Shown here one piece after another: positions 14,039 to 27,600 of a DNA stretch of 64,000 bases. Location: contig OZ316896.1 in assembly GCA_973895155.1 (NCBI GenBank), positions 17,782,754-17,846,753 on the forward strand, read 5' to 3'. Every line of letters starts with the position of its first letter. Within the stretch, counting starts at the first letter, position 1. The notes under the pieces were generated by a model. It was not told the DNA's origin. It was given only the letters and a program-made list of their open reading frames with translations, and made no database searches. The position numbers and the translations under genes are program-made. Source of the stretch: Marsupella aquatica. Lineage: Eukaryota; Plantae; Marchantiophyta.

Positions 14039-17000
14039 AATTATGTACAATATTTACTGGCATGGATCATGGAGGGAGTGCATTGTGTTAAAGTGTTTCA
14101 TTTTTTGTTGGTGTCTGGTGTGATTATTGGTTTGTCTTGGACAATGATGCAACTTTTTGTGAGTCACAATAAACTCAATTCACACTTTATCATTATTACT
14201 TACCTTTGACAGTCTTTTACAACGGTGCAACTTTTTGTGAGTCACACTAAACTCATATTCACACTTTATTATTATTAATTACCTTAGACCAAATTTTTTA
14301 ATTTTTTCCTCTCCACTACTACTACTCTAAAAAGTGGCGAAACTATGTATTGTAGTTTAGGATTTAGGATAATATAAAATAATAATATAGTCTCCCATAT
14401 TCACATATGCGGGTCGATCGACTGTATATCTCATACATTTTGAATCGGGAGAAAGGACAGCTTCAATTCAATCTCGATCTTTTCAATCCTGCAGCTTCGA
14501 TCAAGTCTCTACCTCCAGAATCAATCTCACTTCAGTTGGACTTTACGTCAACTAAAGGCAAGGCGAAAGAAACAGAAAGGACTAAAGCAATATATCTATC
14601 TTTGTCTCCGCCCTTTCGCGCGGAGATGGCGGATGATGAGGCGAACCCGATCCATGGACAGATGGGTGGATCGATTAAGAATTCGAATCTTGACGTTCCT
14701 CTTAACCCCTTGGAGTTTTCACATCTGGCCCAACTTGTAGAAATTATACCACAGTCTGCTTAAGTATGATAAGCATCCTCCCGCACAGAGCGTTTGTAGG
14801 AGTTGATTGATTTTGCTAAATTCCGAAACACATTGCAGTAGATCCTCAAGTGGATCGCCTCTTGTCTCGGCAGCTTCGAGCGGTGTCCCCCGTCACCTCC
14901 AATTGTCAGTGAGTGATAGCAATATTTATCTGTCAAGGTTGCAGATGGGAAGCGTTTCTGAATGGACTGGCCCATCAACGAAGGTCATCACGTACGGGAT
15001 TCAGAATCGATTGTGTTGATGTTGATGTCGACGTCGATGTGAGATGGAAGTTTTCGTGACCGAAGTGCTCGACCGTCTAGTGACTGGATCGTGACCTCTT
15101 TCCCGAGGGCTTTCCCAGGACTTGCTTGGGTTGGGAGCTTTTTCAGGTACTTCTGAAGAATTGAGGTAGCTAAGAGTAGTTCTATTCGGCTCTGTTGGTC
15201 TGCCACTCGGAGTGATTCATGGACATAAGGTGATATTCACCGGAAAGAGTATGCGCGTGGTCTTCAACAGCATGTCAAACAAGTAGAATCAAATGTCAGA
15301 ACTGCCATAGCCTGATTAGTTTACCCAAGTTGTTATTTTCGGGTTTCTCGCATTGTACTTGATCACATGAAGTATAGAACCCGCTTTAGCAGTACTCCAT
15401 CTTCAAGAACATTGTGATCGTTCAAAGGCATGTCTAGAGTTTGTGCTATCCCGCAACAAGTTTCTCTCTTGCAATAACGTGTGTACATGAATGCCTGTAG
15501 GTACTCTTTCTCCCAATTGGCCTACGCGCGATCGGAACTACTGCAACTGCTTGCTTGAATCAATCAGCTTTTCAGCAGTTTAGGACCTTGCTAGGTGTGG
15601 ATCTGTGTTCCTCTTGTCGATCATCCGAACACTGATTGAGACTTCTCACGAAAGTTTGCAAGTTTTCTGTAATCTGTGTCGCTCGGTTGCTAAGCTGAGC
15701 TTCAGTATTATGTCCTGGATGGAAATTCTTGGATTTATGTATTTATCTTAGTGAATGACTCGGACACAGAGCATGTAATTAAGTTTCTCTGATTTGGGCC
15801 ACCAGTCCACCTATTCTTTTAACTTTGCCTTGCCACCGTCACTCGTTGGTGTCATATACGTATATCCTGATTCGGTTTATGACCATCGTCGAAGGATTCG
15901 GGATCGGGTCTTAAGGGTAAAGAGCTTTGGAGTGCTGTTGCGAATGATCCGCGGGATGGACGGCTTTCTGTTCAGTGTTGTTTAGATTGTAACGAACCTC
16001 GTTGATTGCTCTCAAATCAAAACTTCGAATCATACCCTCGTTTCGTCACTTATCTATTTAGCAAAATGTAGCTCAGATTCACTACTCTGTTAGTCACACT
16101 AATTCCGTAGCCTTCAAAGTGTGTTACACTCGAGATAGTGTGAGTCACATTAAATTTGGTGTCACTCTAATTGCAGTACACGTTATGTTTGTAGGTAAGC
16201 ATTCTGAGGCTCGGCAGAACAGGTCCACTCTGGTGCTAGCTCCAAAATGGACGTCTGATTACCAGAACAAGTTTGCAGCAATTCTAAGCCATCGCTATGG
16301 CTCAAGGGGCCTCTTCTAGTCGCACCCACAGTGCGGAGCCCCCCAAGAACACAATTACTCCGGTACTTACGGCATTGACCTCGATTCCCGCCTCGATTTG
16401 AACCTGTTTGGAAATACCCGTTCTGTTTAGAGATTGATACTTTCGATAATATGCAACCTGAAGATCTATCTCAACCATGAGTATTTTGAATTGATCTATA
16501 TCTGCAAGTTTTCAGTTTCTCGTTGTACCCAATCTGTCTCATCCAGCTAATTTCTATTCGTACTGTATTATGGCGTACTTGGGTTGTACAGCTTAATGAA
16601 TCTCTCTTTGAACTTCACAAACCGAACGGCCGACCTAGCATGGTCGTGTTGTTTTTTCACGGCTTCCAGCATGGAAATTATGAAAATGCCCATTTGACGG
16701 CTTGGAAAACAGAGGATGGACGAGAGGATGGATCATCCACATGGCTCCAGACTTGGCTGGTTGATGACGACCAGTACCCCGACGCTCACATCCTTTCTGT
16801 TGCATATAATGCTAGCTTGATGAAAAGCAAGGAAAGAGGGAGCTTTGACCTTTACAACATAGGGGAAAATATTATTTCAGATTTGTTACAGGCAGACATT
16901 GCGCAAGATCCCCACTGTCCCATAGTATTGATAGGACACAGTTTTGGGGGCCTCGTAGTGAAGGAAGTGTGTGTTCAAGCACATAAGAGAGGCAGCATGG

Positions 17001-19970
17001 GTAGCGCCAAGCATAAAACCTTTCTGGAAAATATCAAGGGGGCGTTTTTCTATTCCACCCCTCATCATGGGATTTCAGGAGAAACTTCAGAGTATTTTGT
17101 GAGCAAAAGAAATGAACCCTTGTTGGAATATGTGAAAGTCCTTAGTACTTGTGCAGCAAGATTGCATGATGATTTTGACAAGGTACGAAAGCAGTGCGTA
17201 TGGCAGACGGCAGGAGTAGGAGAAGGTTTATCCACCCATCTGGTACTGGCATTGTCTCCGAGTCTTATCAAACGGAAATATATTGAAGATCAAATCAATC
17301 ATCAGATATTACATATACAGTACACGTTTTTAGATTGCTAAATAATTTGTCTCAATTTTTTCCAGAGAATTGCTGAACAAAGGCAAAGCGCAGTAACAGT
17401 TCCATAGCGAAGTGGACCTCTATCGATGCAATCTAGTTTAGTACTAATTCATCTAACTGGCATATAAGTGAGTTTATAAAGAGTAATTTTTGTAAAGGAT
17501 ATTGTAGATATTTCATTTATTGGATCGTCACTTAGTTGTTTGCTTGTACGTGCACAGAGCACATTTAAAACACAGGTAATTGTACCAGAAGGATCGTCAA
17601 GATATGGAGAAATCTTTGTGATCGTGCCAGACGCTGATCACATATCAATCTGTCGGCCAAAATCAAAAATCTCAAGACCGTTCACGTCCTTGTCCAGCTT
17701 TCTGCGTGGAGTGTCCACTACTTGGGAGGTGAAGTCAATCTTCGCGCGCTCATAGTTTTGGTGTATTTCATACAGAAGATAATCTTATGTCGCCTTGTTC
17801 CCACCGGTACTTAAATTTATATTTGCTATGCATTGTTGACTTACAGAGACCAGTCCGCCCTCACAACCATCAATCTTTGCCCAAGTCAACGATTGGTATT
17901 GATAATGTCATGAAGGAGCTCAAACAGCAGCTTAGGACGGTCACCAGTTTGGGCTTGGCAGGTATGGGAGGGATTGGAAAGACCACCATGGCCAAGGCGT
18001 TATTCAATGATATGGAGCATCTTTACGAGTACACCTGTTTCGTTGAGGATGTGAAGAATATTGAGCACAAGGTTCAGGGTGTGGTCTTAAGGACAATGCA
18101 TGGGACGAAGGTTCACAGAGAAGGGTGGTGGGTTAGAGTTCTTGGAGGGGAAACAGTTACTGTTGGTTGTCGATGATGTGGCCTCAGAAAAACACATTGC
18201 GCTCTTGTCAACCTTGATTGATGACATTGGCATCCATGAAGATAGTCGCTTCGTGGTAACATCGAGAGATAGCGAACTTCTAAATCAATGCTTGGAGGCA
18301 GTGTACCCTATGCCGTTTCTAAGCCAAGGAGATGCGAGGAAACTTTTCTTGGCCCATGCTGTTAGGCAAGAAACTTCTCCTTCGTTTGAGGAACACATAG
18401 ACATTGTTGTGAGAAAGTGCAGTGGGCTGGCTTTGAGTCTGGAAGTCATCGGGAAGCATCTCTATAAAAAATCTTTTGCGATTTGGATGGAAGCGATCTC
18501 TATACTGGACAGGGCAGATTCTGTCCGTGGATTTGATGAGAAGTTGTGGAGTAAGCTTCGGATAAGTTTTGATGGTTTAGATCTCGAGGGAAAAGACATG
18601 TTCCTTGATTGTGCAACAGTGTTCCTTCGGGAACCTCTAGGTAGGGCAAAGGCAGCATGGAACATCACCACAAACGGGCTGCAGGAAACACTGTGGCAAC
18701 ATCTTCTCGACTTATCGTTGGTCTGGGAAATTAATGAGGGAAGTTATATGACTTGTGGCATGCATGAGCAACTTTTGAGCCTTGGGAGGAAGATAGCATC
18801 AGATGAAGTGGAACATGGCCTCAGGATGTGGGATGACCCAGAGAGGGATTTCTTGTTGTTGTCAGCTAAGAATTGCACTGAAAATGATGTGAAGGTAAGT
18901 TTTAAGAGTATGGTCTTGATCTGAACTTCCATGCACCGCACCCAAGAATTGCCTAGTGGTTTGCAGGCTGGCCATTATTGAATGCTGCGTGGTGTAGACC
19001 AAGGAAGGTCTCCAATATTGAACTTTCTGAACATATTACTGATATGGAGGAGTATTCCACTTTCATCATGTACAGGGATGTCATACATAGAAATTGGCTT
19101 TTGCAAGAAAGCATGACTTTTGAGTCGGCATTTGCAGGACATTGTTGCTATCAATGTGGATGGAGGAGGAGGACGAGTCCTACATTTAAATCATGAGGTT
19201 TGTTGGTAGCTTTTTTGCTGAGAATCATATTTCGAATTGTTGATGGCCTTTTCTGGAGAATGGTTTTGCGCATTGTTGGTGGCTTTCTCCTGAGAATGGT
19301 TTTTCGCATTGTTGGTGGCTTTGTGAAAAAGTTATTGTGGAAAAGTTATAAGGCAAACCTTCTCGAGATGAATGCTTAGAATTAAATGGATAATTGGGGT
19401 TACCTTGTTGAAAGATATTAGATAAAAGCTCACTTGGTGTGAATGGATAAATCCTTGTTTTTTGAATTATTTTAAGAAGTAGCTATGTAAGCATAGCCTC
19501 AAAGTAAAATGTTTTCTCTGAAAGTAACTTGATATTTTTAGAAGAGCATGGACTCTTTACTCCTATCCGTGAAGGTACAACTTATGTATATGTTTGTGAC
19601 CCTTTTTGAAATTGTTTGAAAACTTCTTACATTGATTTGGATTCCAAAAATGATTTCATGCAAATCTTTTCTTTCTTGCTAGTTCTTCATTTTGTGCCAC
19701 TTCTTTCCCCCAAAAAGGAGCCCACTGGTCGTGCCTTGGTAAGTAAGTTGGCAGATAGGTCTAGTTTTTAAAGATAGACTAGTAATTCATTATTTGGTTT
19801 TAATCTCCATCAGCCCAACCTACGTTGAATGAATTATCTATATGCTAGTCAGAGGTAATTTGCTGGGGCAGCTGGAACTCTGAGGGGTGAGAATGTTTTA
19901 AGTAGGTTCATAGTTAATATAAAGCTCTTAACCTTGAAACTAACAGCTTTGAATTTCTGTACTGTCATAG

Positions 19971-20141
19971 CCTTCAAGCAAGGCCCTCCACGAGGGTGTT
20001 CAGTGTGACGAGTGTTCAATGGAGCCCATCGATGGCCCGAGATTCATGTCTAGGGTACAATTCAACTATGATTTGTGTGTTGGGTGTTTTGAGAAAGGGG
20101 ACCTTAAAAAAGAGGAGTACTTTCGTCTCGATCTACCGTCT
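19971..20141 (+). CDS. ZZ zinc-finger exon (NBR1-type) of NLR copy 1
   Basis: Bounded by catag| and |gtaagt, 171 nt, phase 0-0. Translates as PSSKALHEGVQCDECSMEPIDGPRFMSRVQFNYDLCVGCFEKGDLKKEEYFRLDLPS. Confidence 0.85.
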
Positions 20142-21041
20142 GTAAGTAACACCACGCAAATGATATCTTGGAAGAATGTAAATGATTTTTAATGAGCATG
20201 TCATCTGGTCAGACAAAACTCTTACTGTAGAAGGGTTCACAGCTTGGCAGAAACACAACATTCCCATTTGAATATTAGAGTGTTTTGAAAACAGAGCGCA
20301 TGATCCTCTTCTGGAACGAATGTCCTAAGCTCCTTCACTGGAGAATGTATAAAAAGTCAGTAAATTGATAATTAAAACATGTTGACGGAACCTAAGAGAG
20401 CAGAATCACAACCAAGTCAGATCTTTGACGTGCGTGCATGAGATGTTTTGAAATGAATCTTGAATGTAGCTTTCTAAAGAAGATATGCACCTTTAAGCCT
20501 TTGCGAACATCGTGTGGTTCCCCATGCATGTGGAGTTGTGAGGCAATCCTACTCTCGCAGGATATACTACTAAAGAGGAGATGAAAGTGAATACATTAAG
20601 AAATAAACGAAGACGGTAGTACAGGACGGAGCAAAAGAATATGTTCTAATGAAATATGTTCATTTATGGGGATTAACTATAAAATTTACTTTTACTATGG
20701 GATTTGTAAGAGATATCGGGCTATCAATGTCGGAGGAGGAGCAAGCGTCAGTCTTATTATTATGACCCTTGTTCTTTTTCGTCAAAGGGGTTTGCCTTAT
20801 AATGAGGTTTGATGATGGGATTTGAAGAAGTTATCGTGGAAAAACTTTCTAGCGCAGAGCTTTGTATACACTAGATACATGGAGCTAAATGTGTAATTGG
20901 GTTATTCTTGTTGAAAAATAACCCAATTAATATAAAACCCTAAAAAAGGAAAGATCCCATGAAGAGATGGAACGTTTCACTCTAACAAAACTGGTTTCTG
21001 GAAATTTTGGGAAATGTATGTGGGGACTTATAATGGCCAAA

Positions 21042-21520
21042 TAATTGGCTGAACTTTAGTTCAGTAGTTGTGATGGGGGCCCAAAAATGGCCCCAACATG
21101 TATTTGTCAGATATACTTTCCTCTGCAGTACTTTTGTCTGCAGTACTTTCGTCTGCAATACTTTCGTTCCCTTTGGTGTGCCATACTTTGTCTTTTGTAA
21201 TTGGCTGAACTATGTTCAGCTATGTGATGGGGGCCCAAAAAATGCTCCCAAGATGCTTTTGTCAAAAATACATACTGACTGCAATACTAGACTGCAAGAC
21301 TAAACTTCTATACAGTTTCCTTTGTTTTAAAGAGACCAAAACAAAACACATGTATTTCATACAGTATTTGTATTCAAAGCAAGATCATGATGGCTTACAT
21401 AGGCAGAGGAAAGAGATGAGGGGGACATTTAATGATTTTGTCTTTTGTGTTTACTTCATTCTTTTGTTTATTTTCACTTTGTTCAGCCTAATGTGACCAA
21501 ACCCCCTTTGGTCACGGGCC
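21042..21520 (+). mobile_element. Intronic insertion of about 480 bp, Helentron/HINE-like non-autonomous element
   Basis: It is absent at the paralogous site in copy 2 (about 29260-29275). It has a subterminal inverted repeat GGCTGAAC...GTTCAGCC and a 3' hairpin GTGACCAAA-CCCCC-TTTGGTCAC (21493-21515). No clear target-site duplication is visible. Confidence 0.55.
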
Positions 21521-23256
21521 TGGTAGAAAGTTTGTAATCTGAGGAGATGTGTTTGTAGTTTCGAGGTGGTCCATGTGTAGCCCAAGGATATCTTCTAAAG
21601 AGAAGATGAATGTGATTCCATTTAGAAATTCTAAGATGGCAGGTTTTATCCTATCATTTTTAATGTTGTTAATCTGGGTTTCAAGGAGCAGTCTAAGACG
21701 GAAGTAGAGGACCAAGTACAAGCAAATTTAAAACTGAATCATGCTCAGGATATATTAATTCAAAGCTGCAGCCTGCATTACTTACATTGACAGTTGTTAA
21801 GCCAATTGCAAACTATGAGAGAAACTAACCTGTTGTTTGGTGCTGTGAATGCCATTTGGTAGGACTTGCCCACCATTGAAGGAAGCACATTCTGCAAAAT
21901 GCGAAATCTGAGATATCTGGGGTTGGCCCACATAGCCATTGATCAAACTCATTGTGCAACACTGCCGTCTACACTTGTCTTCCTTCGGATGTATGGGGTG
22001 CAGTTTTCTGTCTTTCCTTTCCGCCCAAGCGACCATGAGCGGATGGCCATTCTGCACATATCCGGTTGCCTTGGACTTCGTGCCCTTCCCACTGCTTTTG
22101 GCCGACTCTCATCCCTTCAAGAGTTACGTATTTTTGGGGCTCCTAATTTGACGACCTTACCTGACTCGCTTGGGAGTTTTCGAAAGCTGGCGTATCTAAG
22201 GTTGGACGATTGTTCTAGTCTAGGGGAGTTACCCCAAACATTTGGCCAACTGGTAGCTTTGGAAAATTTAGACATAAGTGACTGCGATGCTCTCTCAGCC
22301 TTGCCAAAGTCGTTTGGATGTTTACCGAAACTCAAAACTCTGCGTATCAGAGGCTGTCGTAGTCTTCACACCCTGCCCGATACATTCCTGGAGCTTCAAA
22401 GATTGGAGTCGCTAGAACTGTTCGGGACATATTTGCAGAGCATTCCCAACTTGGAGAATCTTAGGTCATTGAAACATCTCCGTGTATATCAGAAAGCTCC
22501 TCATTTTCAAATCCGCAGTCTATCCGATTGGCTTCGTCACACGGTTTAGTAAGAAACTGGTGGGGCTGAGGAGGAAAATGGTGATGAATAAAGTTGGCTT
22601 CTCTTGAAGTTTCTCTCTTGCAAGGACGTGTGTACATGAATGCCTGTAGGTACTCTTTCTCCGCAATTGGCCTACGCGCGATCGGAACTACTGCAATGCG
22701 CGATCGGAACTACTGCAACTGCTCACTTGAATCAGTCAGCTTTTCAGCAGTTTAGGACCTTGCTAGGTGTGGATCTGTGCTCCTCTTGTCGATCATCCGA
22801 ACACTGATTGAAGACTTCTCACGAAAGGTTGCAAGTTTTCTGTAATCTGTGTCGCTCTGTTGGTAAGCTGAGCTTCAGTATTATGTCTTGGATGGAATTC
22901 TTGGATTGATGATTGTCTTTATCTTAGTGAATGACTCGGACACGGAGCAGGTAATTAAGTCTCTCTGATTTGGGCCAGCACTCCTCCTATTCTCTTAACT
23001 TGCCTTGCCACCGTCACATGTTGGTGTCATATACGTATATCCTGACTAGGTTTATGAGCGTCGTCGAAAGATTCGAGATCGGATTTTAAGGGTGAAGAGC
23101 TTTGGAGTGCTGTTGCGAATGATCCCCGGGATGGACGGCTTTCTGTTTCAGTGTTGTTTAGATTGTAACGAACCTCGTTGATTGCTCTCAAATGAAAACT
23201 TCGAATCATACCCTCGTTTCGTCACTTATCTATCGAGCAAAATGTAGCTCAGATTC

Positions 23257-23828
23257 ACTACTCTGTTAGTCACACTAATTTCGTAGCCTTCAAAGTGTGT
23301 CTTACAGTCGAGAGAGTGTGAGTCACATTATTTCGGTGTGACTCTAATTGCAGTACACGTTAAGTCACACTGTCAGACACAATTGTTTTCCTGCTCAAAG
23401 ATAAAACTTTAGTGAAATGAGAGACAACATTCTTGAGCCCAGCAGCTTCATTAAAGATCCAGGAGTTCAGTTGCGGCAGCAAACAATCACTTGAAGAATT
23501 GACTTAACTCGAGGACTCTCGAGACTGCCCGACTCTACGCATGGAGAATCACAACAAACTCTCATGTACTCCATTAGTCTGATTCCTGATTAAAAATTGG
23601 TTGGGACACAAGTTAGTGCGAGTCACACTAATTTAGGGGTCACGGTAATGAAGGCAGAGGGCATGACAGCTGCGTCCTTTCGCGTGTGTTCCCGGGTGCG
23701 CGAGGCAGCACGGACTTAGCTCCAGCAGGCAGTGTTCTTCCGTCACACTAATCAGCTGGACTGTGCGAGTCACAGTAATTTAGGGGTCACAGTAATTCTT
23801 CAGTAACACTAGTTGAGGTGGACTGTGG
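23257..23828. repeat. Small insertion rich in AGTCACAC(TAATT) motifs, possibly a non-autonomous TE
   Basis: About 10 copies of (g/a)gtcacac/gtcacagtaatt. It is absent in the copy 3 upstream region and truncated in copy 1 (16081-16183). Confidence 0.45.
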
Positions 23829-24636
23829 AGCATCTGTATTTATTTAGATGTAAATTTACACTTCCTCGTTTGTTTTTTGTTTTCTCAGCTTACGTTCTTC
23901 ACATGATTTCCCCAACTGAATCCTTGCTGTTGCGTTAGTCGTCGATTGCTCTGAAATCAAGAGCTCGACCCTTTGTTCGTCACTTATCTATTTAGCAGAA
24001 TCTAGCTCGCATTCATTACCTTCTATTAGATGTACATTTATTAAGTTATGTTGTCCGTTTTGCGGCTTACGATCGTCCCATGATGGGACTCAGTGGACCG
24101 AATCTGTGCTCCAGCCGTGACTTTGATGCAGTATAGCAGTATGCAATTCTAGATCATGGGAGATTTTTAGCCATTCTTGAAAGCAAAGAGGACAAGGACA
24201 CATTAGGAAGCCATCGCTAGCTTGCTTGCACATGCACAAATCCGTCCGTCCTTCAGTTTCTTTCCATGAAGTTTCTGGACACTATTCCCCATCAGAGGCT
24301 TTGAAATAGCAAAAGGATTTATTCTTCAGTTTGGAAATCTTATACACATTTCCCGATTTTGGGAGTGTCGATACATGAGCAGGTCTGAGCAGGTCTGAGC
24401 ACTTCTAGGCTGATGTCGCATTCTCTTTCATTAGACGTTCTGAAGTCTCTTCAAGCTGATGCGGAGCCTACGATTGGTTTCATATGGGCATCATTTTCAT
24501 TCTGACTTAAATATATGGAATTGAATGTTTGTAGGTAAGCATTCTGAGGCTCGGCAGAATAGGTCCACTCTGGTGCTACCTCCAAAATGGACGCCTGATT
24601 ACCAGAACAAGTTTGCAGCAATTCTAAGCCATCGCT

Positions 24637-27600
24637 ATGGGTCAAGGGGCCTCTTCTAGTCGCACCCAAAGTGCAGAGCCCCCCAATAACACAATTACTC
24701 AGGTATCTTACGGCATTGACCTCGATTTGAACCTGTTTGGAAATACCCGTTCTGTTTAGAGATTGATACTTTCGATAATATGCAACCTGAAGATCTATCT
24801 CAATCATAAGTATTTTGAAATTGATCTATATCTGCAAGTTTTCAGTTTTTTGTTGTATCCAATCTGTCTCATCGAGCTAATTTCTTTGCCTACTGTATTG
24901 TGGCATGCTTGGGTTGTACAGCTTAATGAATCTCTCTTTGAACTTCACAAACCGAACGGCCGACCTAGCATGATCGTGTTGATTTTTCACGGCTTTCAGC
25001 GTGGGAATTATGAAAATGCCCATTTGACGGCTTGGAAAACAGAGGAAGGACGAGAGGATGGATCATCCACATGGCTCCAGACTTGGCTGGTTGATGACGA
25101 CCAGTACCCCGACGCTCACATCCTTTCTGTTGCATATAATGCTAGCTTGATGAAAAGCAAGGACGAGGAAGGTTTGACCTCTTCATCATAGGGGAGAATA
25201 TTATTTCAGATTTGTTACAGGCGAATATTGCGCAAGATCCCCACTGTCCCATAGTATTGGTAGGACACAGTTTTGGGGGCCTCGTAGTGAAGGAAGTGTG
25301 TGTTCAAGCACATAAGAGAGGCAGCATGGGTAGCGCCAAGCATAAAACCTTTCTGGAAAATATCAAGGGGGCATTTTTCTATTCCACCCCTCATCATGGG
25401 ATTTCAGGAGAAATTTCAGAGTATTTTGTGAGCAAAAGAAATGAACCCTTGTTGGAATATGTGAAAGTCCTTAGTACATTTGCAGCAAGAATCCATAACG
25501 ACTTTGACCAGCTACGAAAGCATTGGGCTTGGCAGACGGCAGGAGTAGGAGAAGGGTCATCCACCCATCTGGTACTGGCATACCCTCTCAATCTTATCAA
25601 ACGGAAATATTGAAGATCAAATCAATGATCAGATATACCTTATACACTATACTTTTCTAGATCGTTGACTAATTTGTCTCAATTTATTCCACAGAATTGA
25701 TAGACAAAAGGCAAAGCGCACTACCAGTTTCATAGCCAAGTGCAACTCTATGGATGCAGTCTAGTTGAGCACTGATTCATCTAAGTAGCATCTAAGTGAG
25801 TTAATAAAGAGTAATATGTGTGAAAGATATTGTAGATACTTCATTCATTGGATAGTCACTTGGTTGTTTGCTGGTACGGTCACAGGGCACATTTAGAACA
25901 CAGGTAATTGTATCAGAAGCATCGTCAAGATATGGAGACGCCTTTGTTATCGTGCCAGACGCTGATCACATATCAATCTGTCGGCCAATATCAAAAATCT
26001 CAAGACCGTTCACGTCCTTGTCCAACTTCCTCCGTGGAGTTTCCACTACTTGGGAGGTGACGTCAAATTCTGGCGCGCTCATATTTTTGGTGTGTTTCAT
26101 ACAGAAGGTAATTTTATGTTGCCTAGCTTGTTCCCACCGGTACTTATCTATATTTGCTATGCATTGTTGACTTACAGAGACCAGTCCGTCCTCACAACCA
26201 TCAATCCTTGCCCAAGTCAACGATTGGTATTGACAACGTCATGAAGGAACTCGAACAGCAGCTTAAGACGGTCACCAGTTTGGGCTTGGCGGGTATGGGA
26301 GGGATTGGAAAGACCACCATGGCCAAGGCGTTATTCAATGATATGGAACATCTTTACGAGTACACCTGTTTCGTTGGGGACGTGAAGAATAGTGAGAACG
26401 AGGTTGACGGTATGGTTTTAAGGAACATGCATCGTATGGGAACGAGGTTCACAGAGAAGGATGGTGGGTTAGTGTTCTTGAGGGGGAAACAGTTACTGTT
26501 GGTTCTGGATGATGTGGCTTCAGAGAAACACATTAGGCTATTGTCAACCTTGATTGATGACATTGGCATCCATGAAGATAGTCGCTTCGTCGTAACATCG
26601 AGAGATAGCGAACTTCTACGTCAATGCACGGACGCAGTGCACCCTATGTCGCTTCTTAGCCAAGGAGATGCGAGGAAACTTTTCTTGGCCCATGCTGTTA
26701 GGGAAGAAGCTTCTCCTTCCTTTGAGGAACACGTAGACCATGTCGTGAAAAAGTGCGATGGGCTGGCTTTGACTCTGGAAGTCATCGGGAAGCATCTGTA
26801 TAAAAAACCTGTGGCGATTTGGATGGAATCGATCTCTATACTGCACAGGGCAGATTCTGTCCGTGGATTTGATGAGAAGTTTGGATAAGTTTTGATGGTT
26901 TAGATCTCGAGGGAAAGCACCTGTTCCTTGATTGTGCGACTGTGTTCCATGGGGGACATCTAGCTACGGCAAAGGCAGCATGGAGCATCACAACAAATGG
27001 GCTGCAGGAGACACTGTGGCAACATCTTCTCGACTTATCGTTGGTGTGGGAAATTCCAAAGGGCGATTGGGGCATGCATGAGCAACTTTTGAGCCTTGGG
27101 AGGAAGATAGCATCAGATGAAGTGGAACATGGCCTCAGGATGTGGCCCCATGGAGGGATTTCTTGTTGTTGTCAGCTAAGAATTGCACTGAAAATGATGT
27201 GAAGGTAAGTTTTAAGAGTATGGTCTTGATCTGAACTTCCATGCACCGCACCCAAGAATCGCCTAGCGGTTTACATGTTGGCCATTATTGAATGCTCCAT
27301 GGTGTAGACCAAGGAAGGTCTCCAATCAATGTTGAACTTTCTGGACTTATCACTGATATTGAGGAGTATTCCACTTTGATCATGTACAGGGATGTTATAT
27401 GTAGAAATTGGCTTGTGCAAAAACACATGACTTGTGAGTTGGGATTCGCAGGACATTATTGCTATCAATGTGGAAGGGCGCGCTCCTGGAGTCCGACATT
27501 TAGTTTATGAGGTTTGTTGGTGGCTTTCTCCTAGGAATGGTTTTGCTCATTGTTGGTGGCTTTTGGAAAAAGTTCTTGTGTGAGAGTTATAAAACAAACC

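Larger units (their letters stand above)
16297..22549 (+). pseudogene. Hydrolase-NB-ARC-ZZ-LRR NLR copy 1, with one frameshift in NB-ARC
   Basis: Exons: 16297-16362 (MAQGASSS..), 16592-17242 (FHG, GHSFGG), 17558-17728 (ADHISICRP), 17847-18894 (GMGGIGKTT, LLVVDDV, SRFVVTSRD, GLAL, MHE), 19138-19197, 19971-20141 (ZZ), possibly 20711-20806, and 21863-22549 (LRR). A 5-bp deletion at about 18098 relative to copies 2 and 3 (ATGCAT[CGTAT]GGG) shifts the frame. Confidence 0.85.

Noticed and set aside
14407-15206. ORFs upstream of NLR copy 1
   Set aside because: No domain signal. Part of the DNA is homologous to non-coding leader regions of copies 3 and 4, where the frames are not conserved.
16886-17271. 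Antisense ORFs repeated in each NLR copy
   Set aside because: They are shadows of the conserved sense-strand coding sequence.
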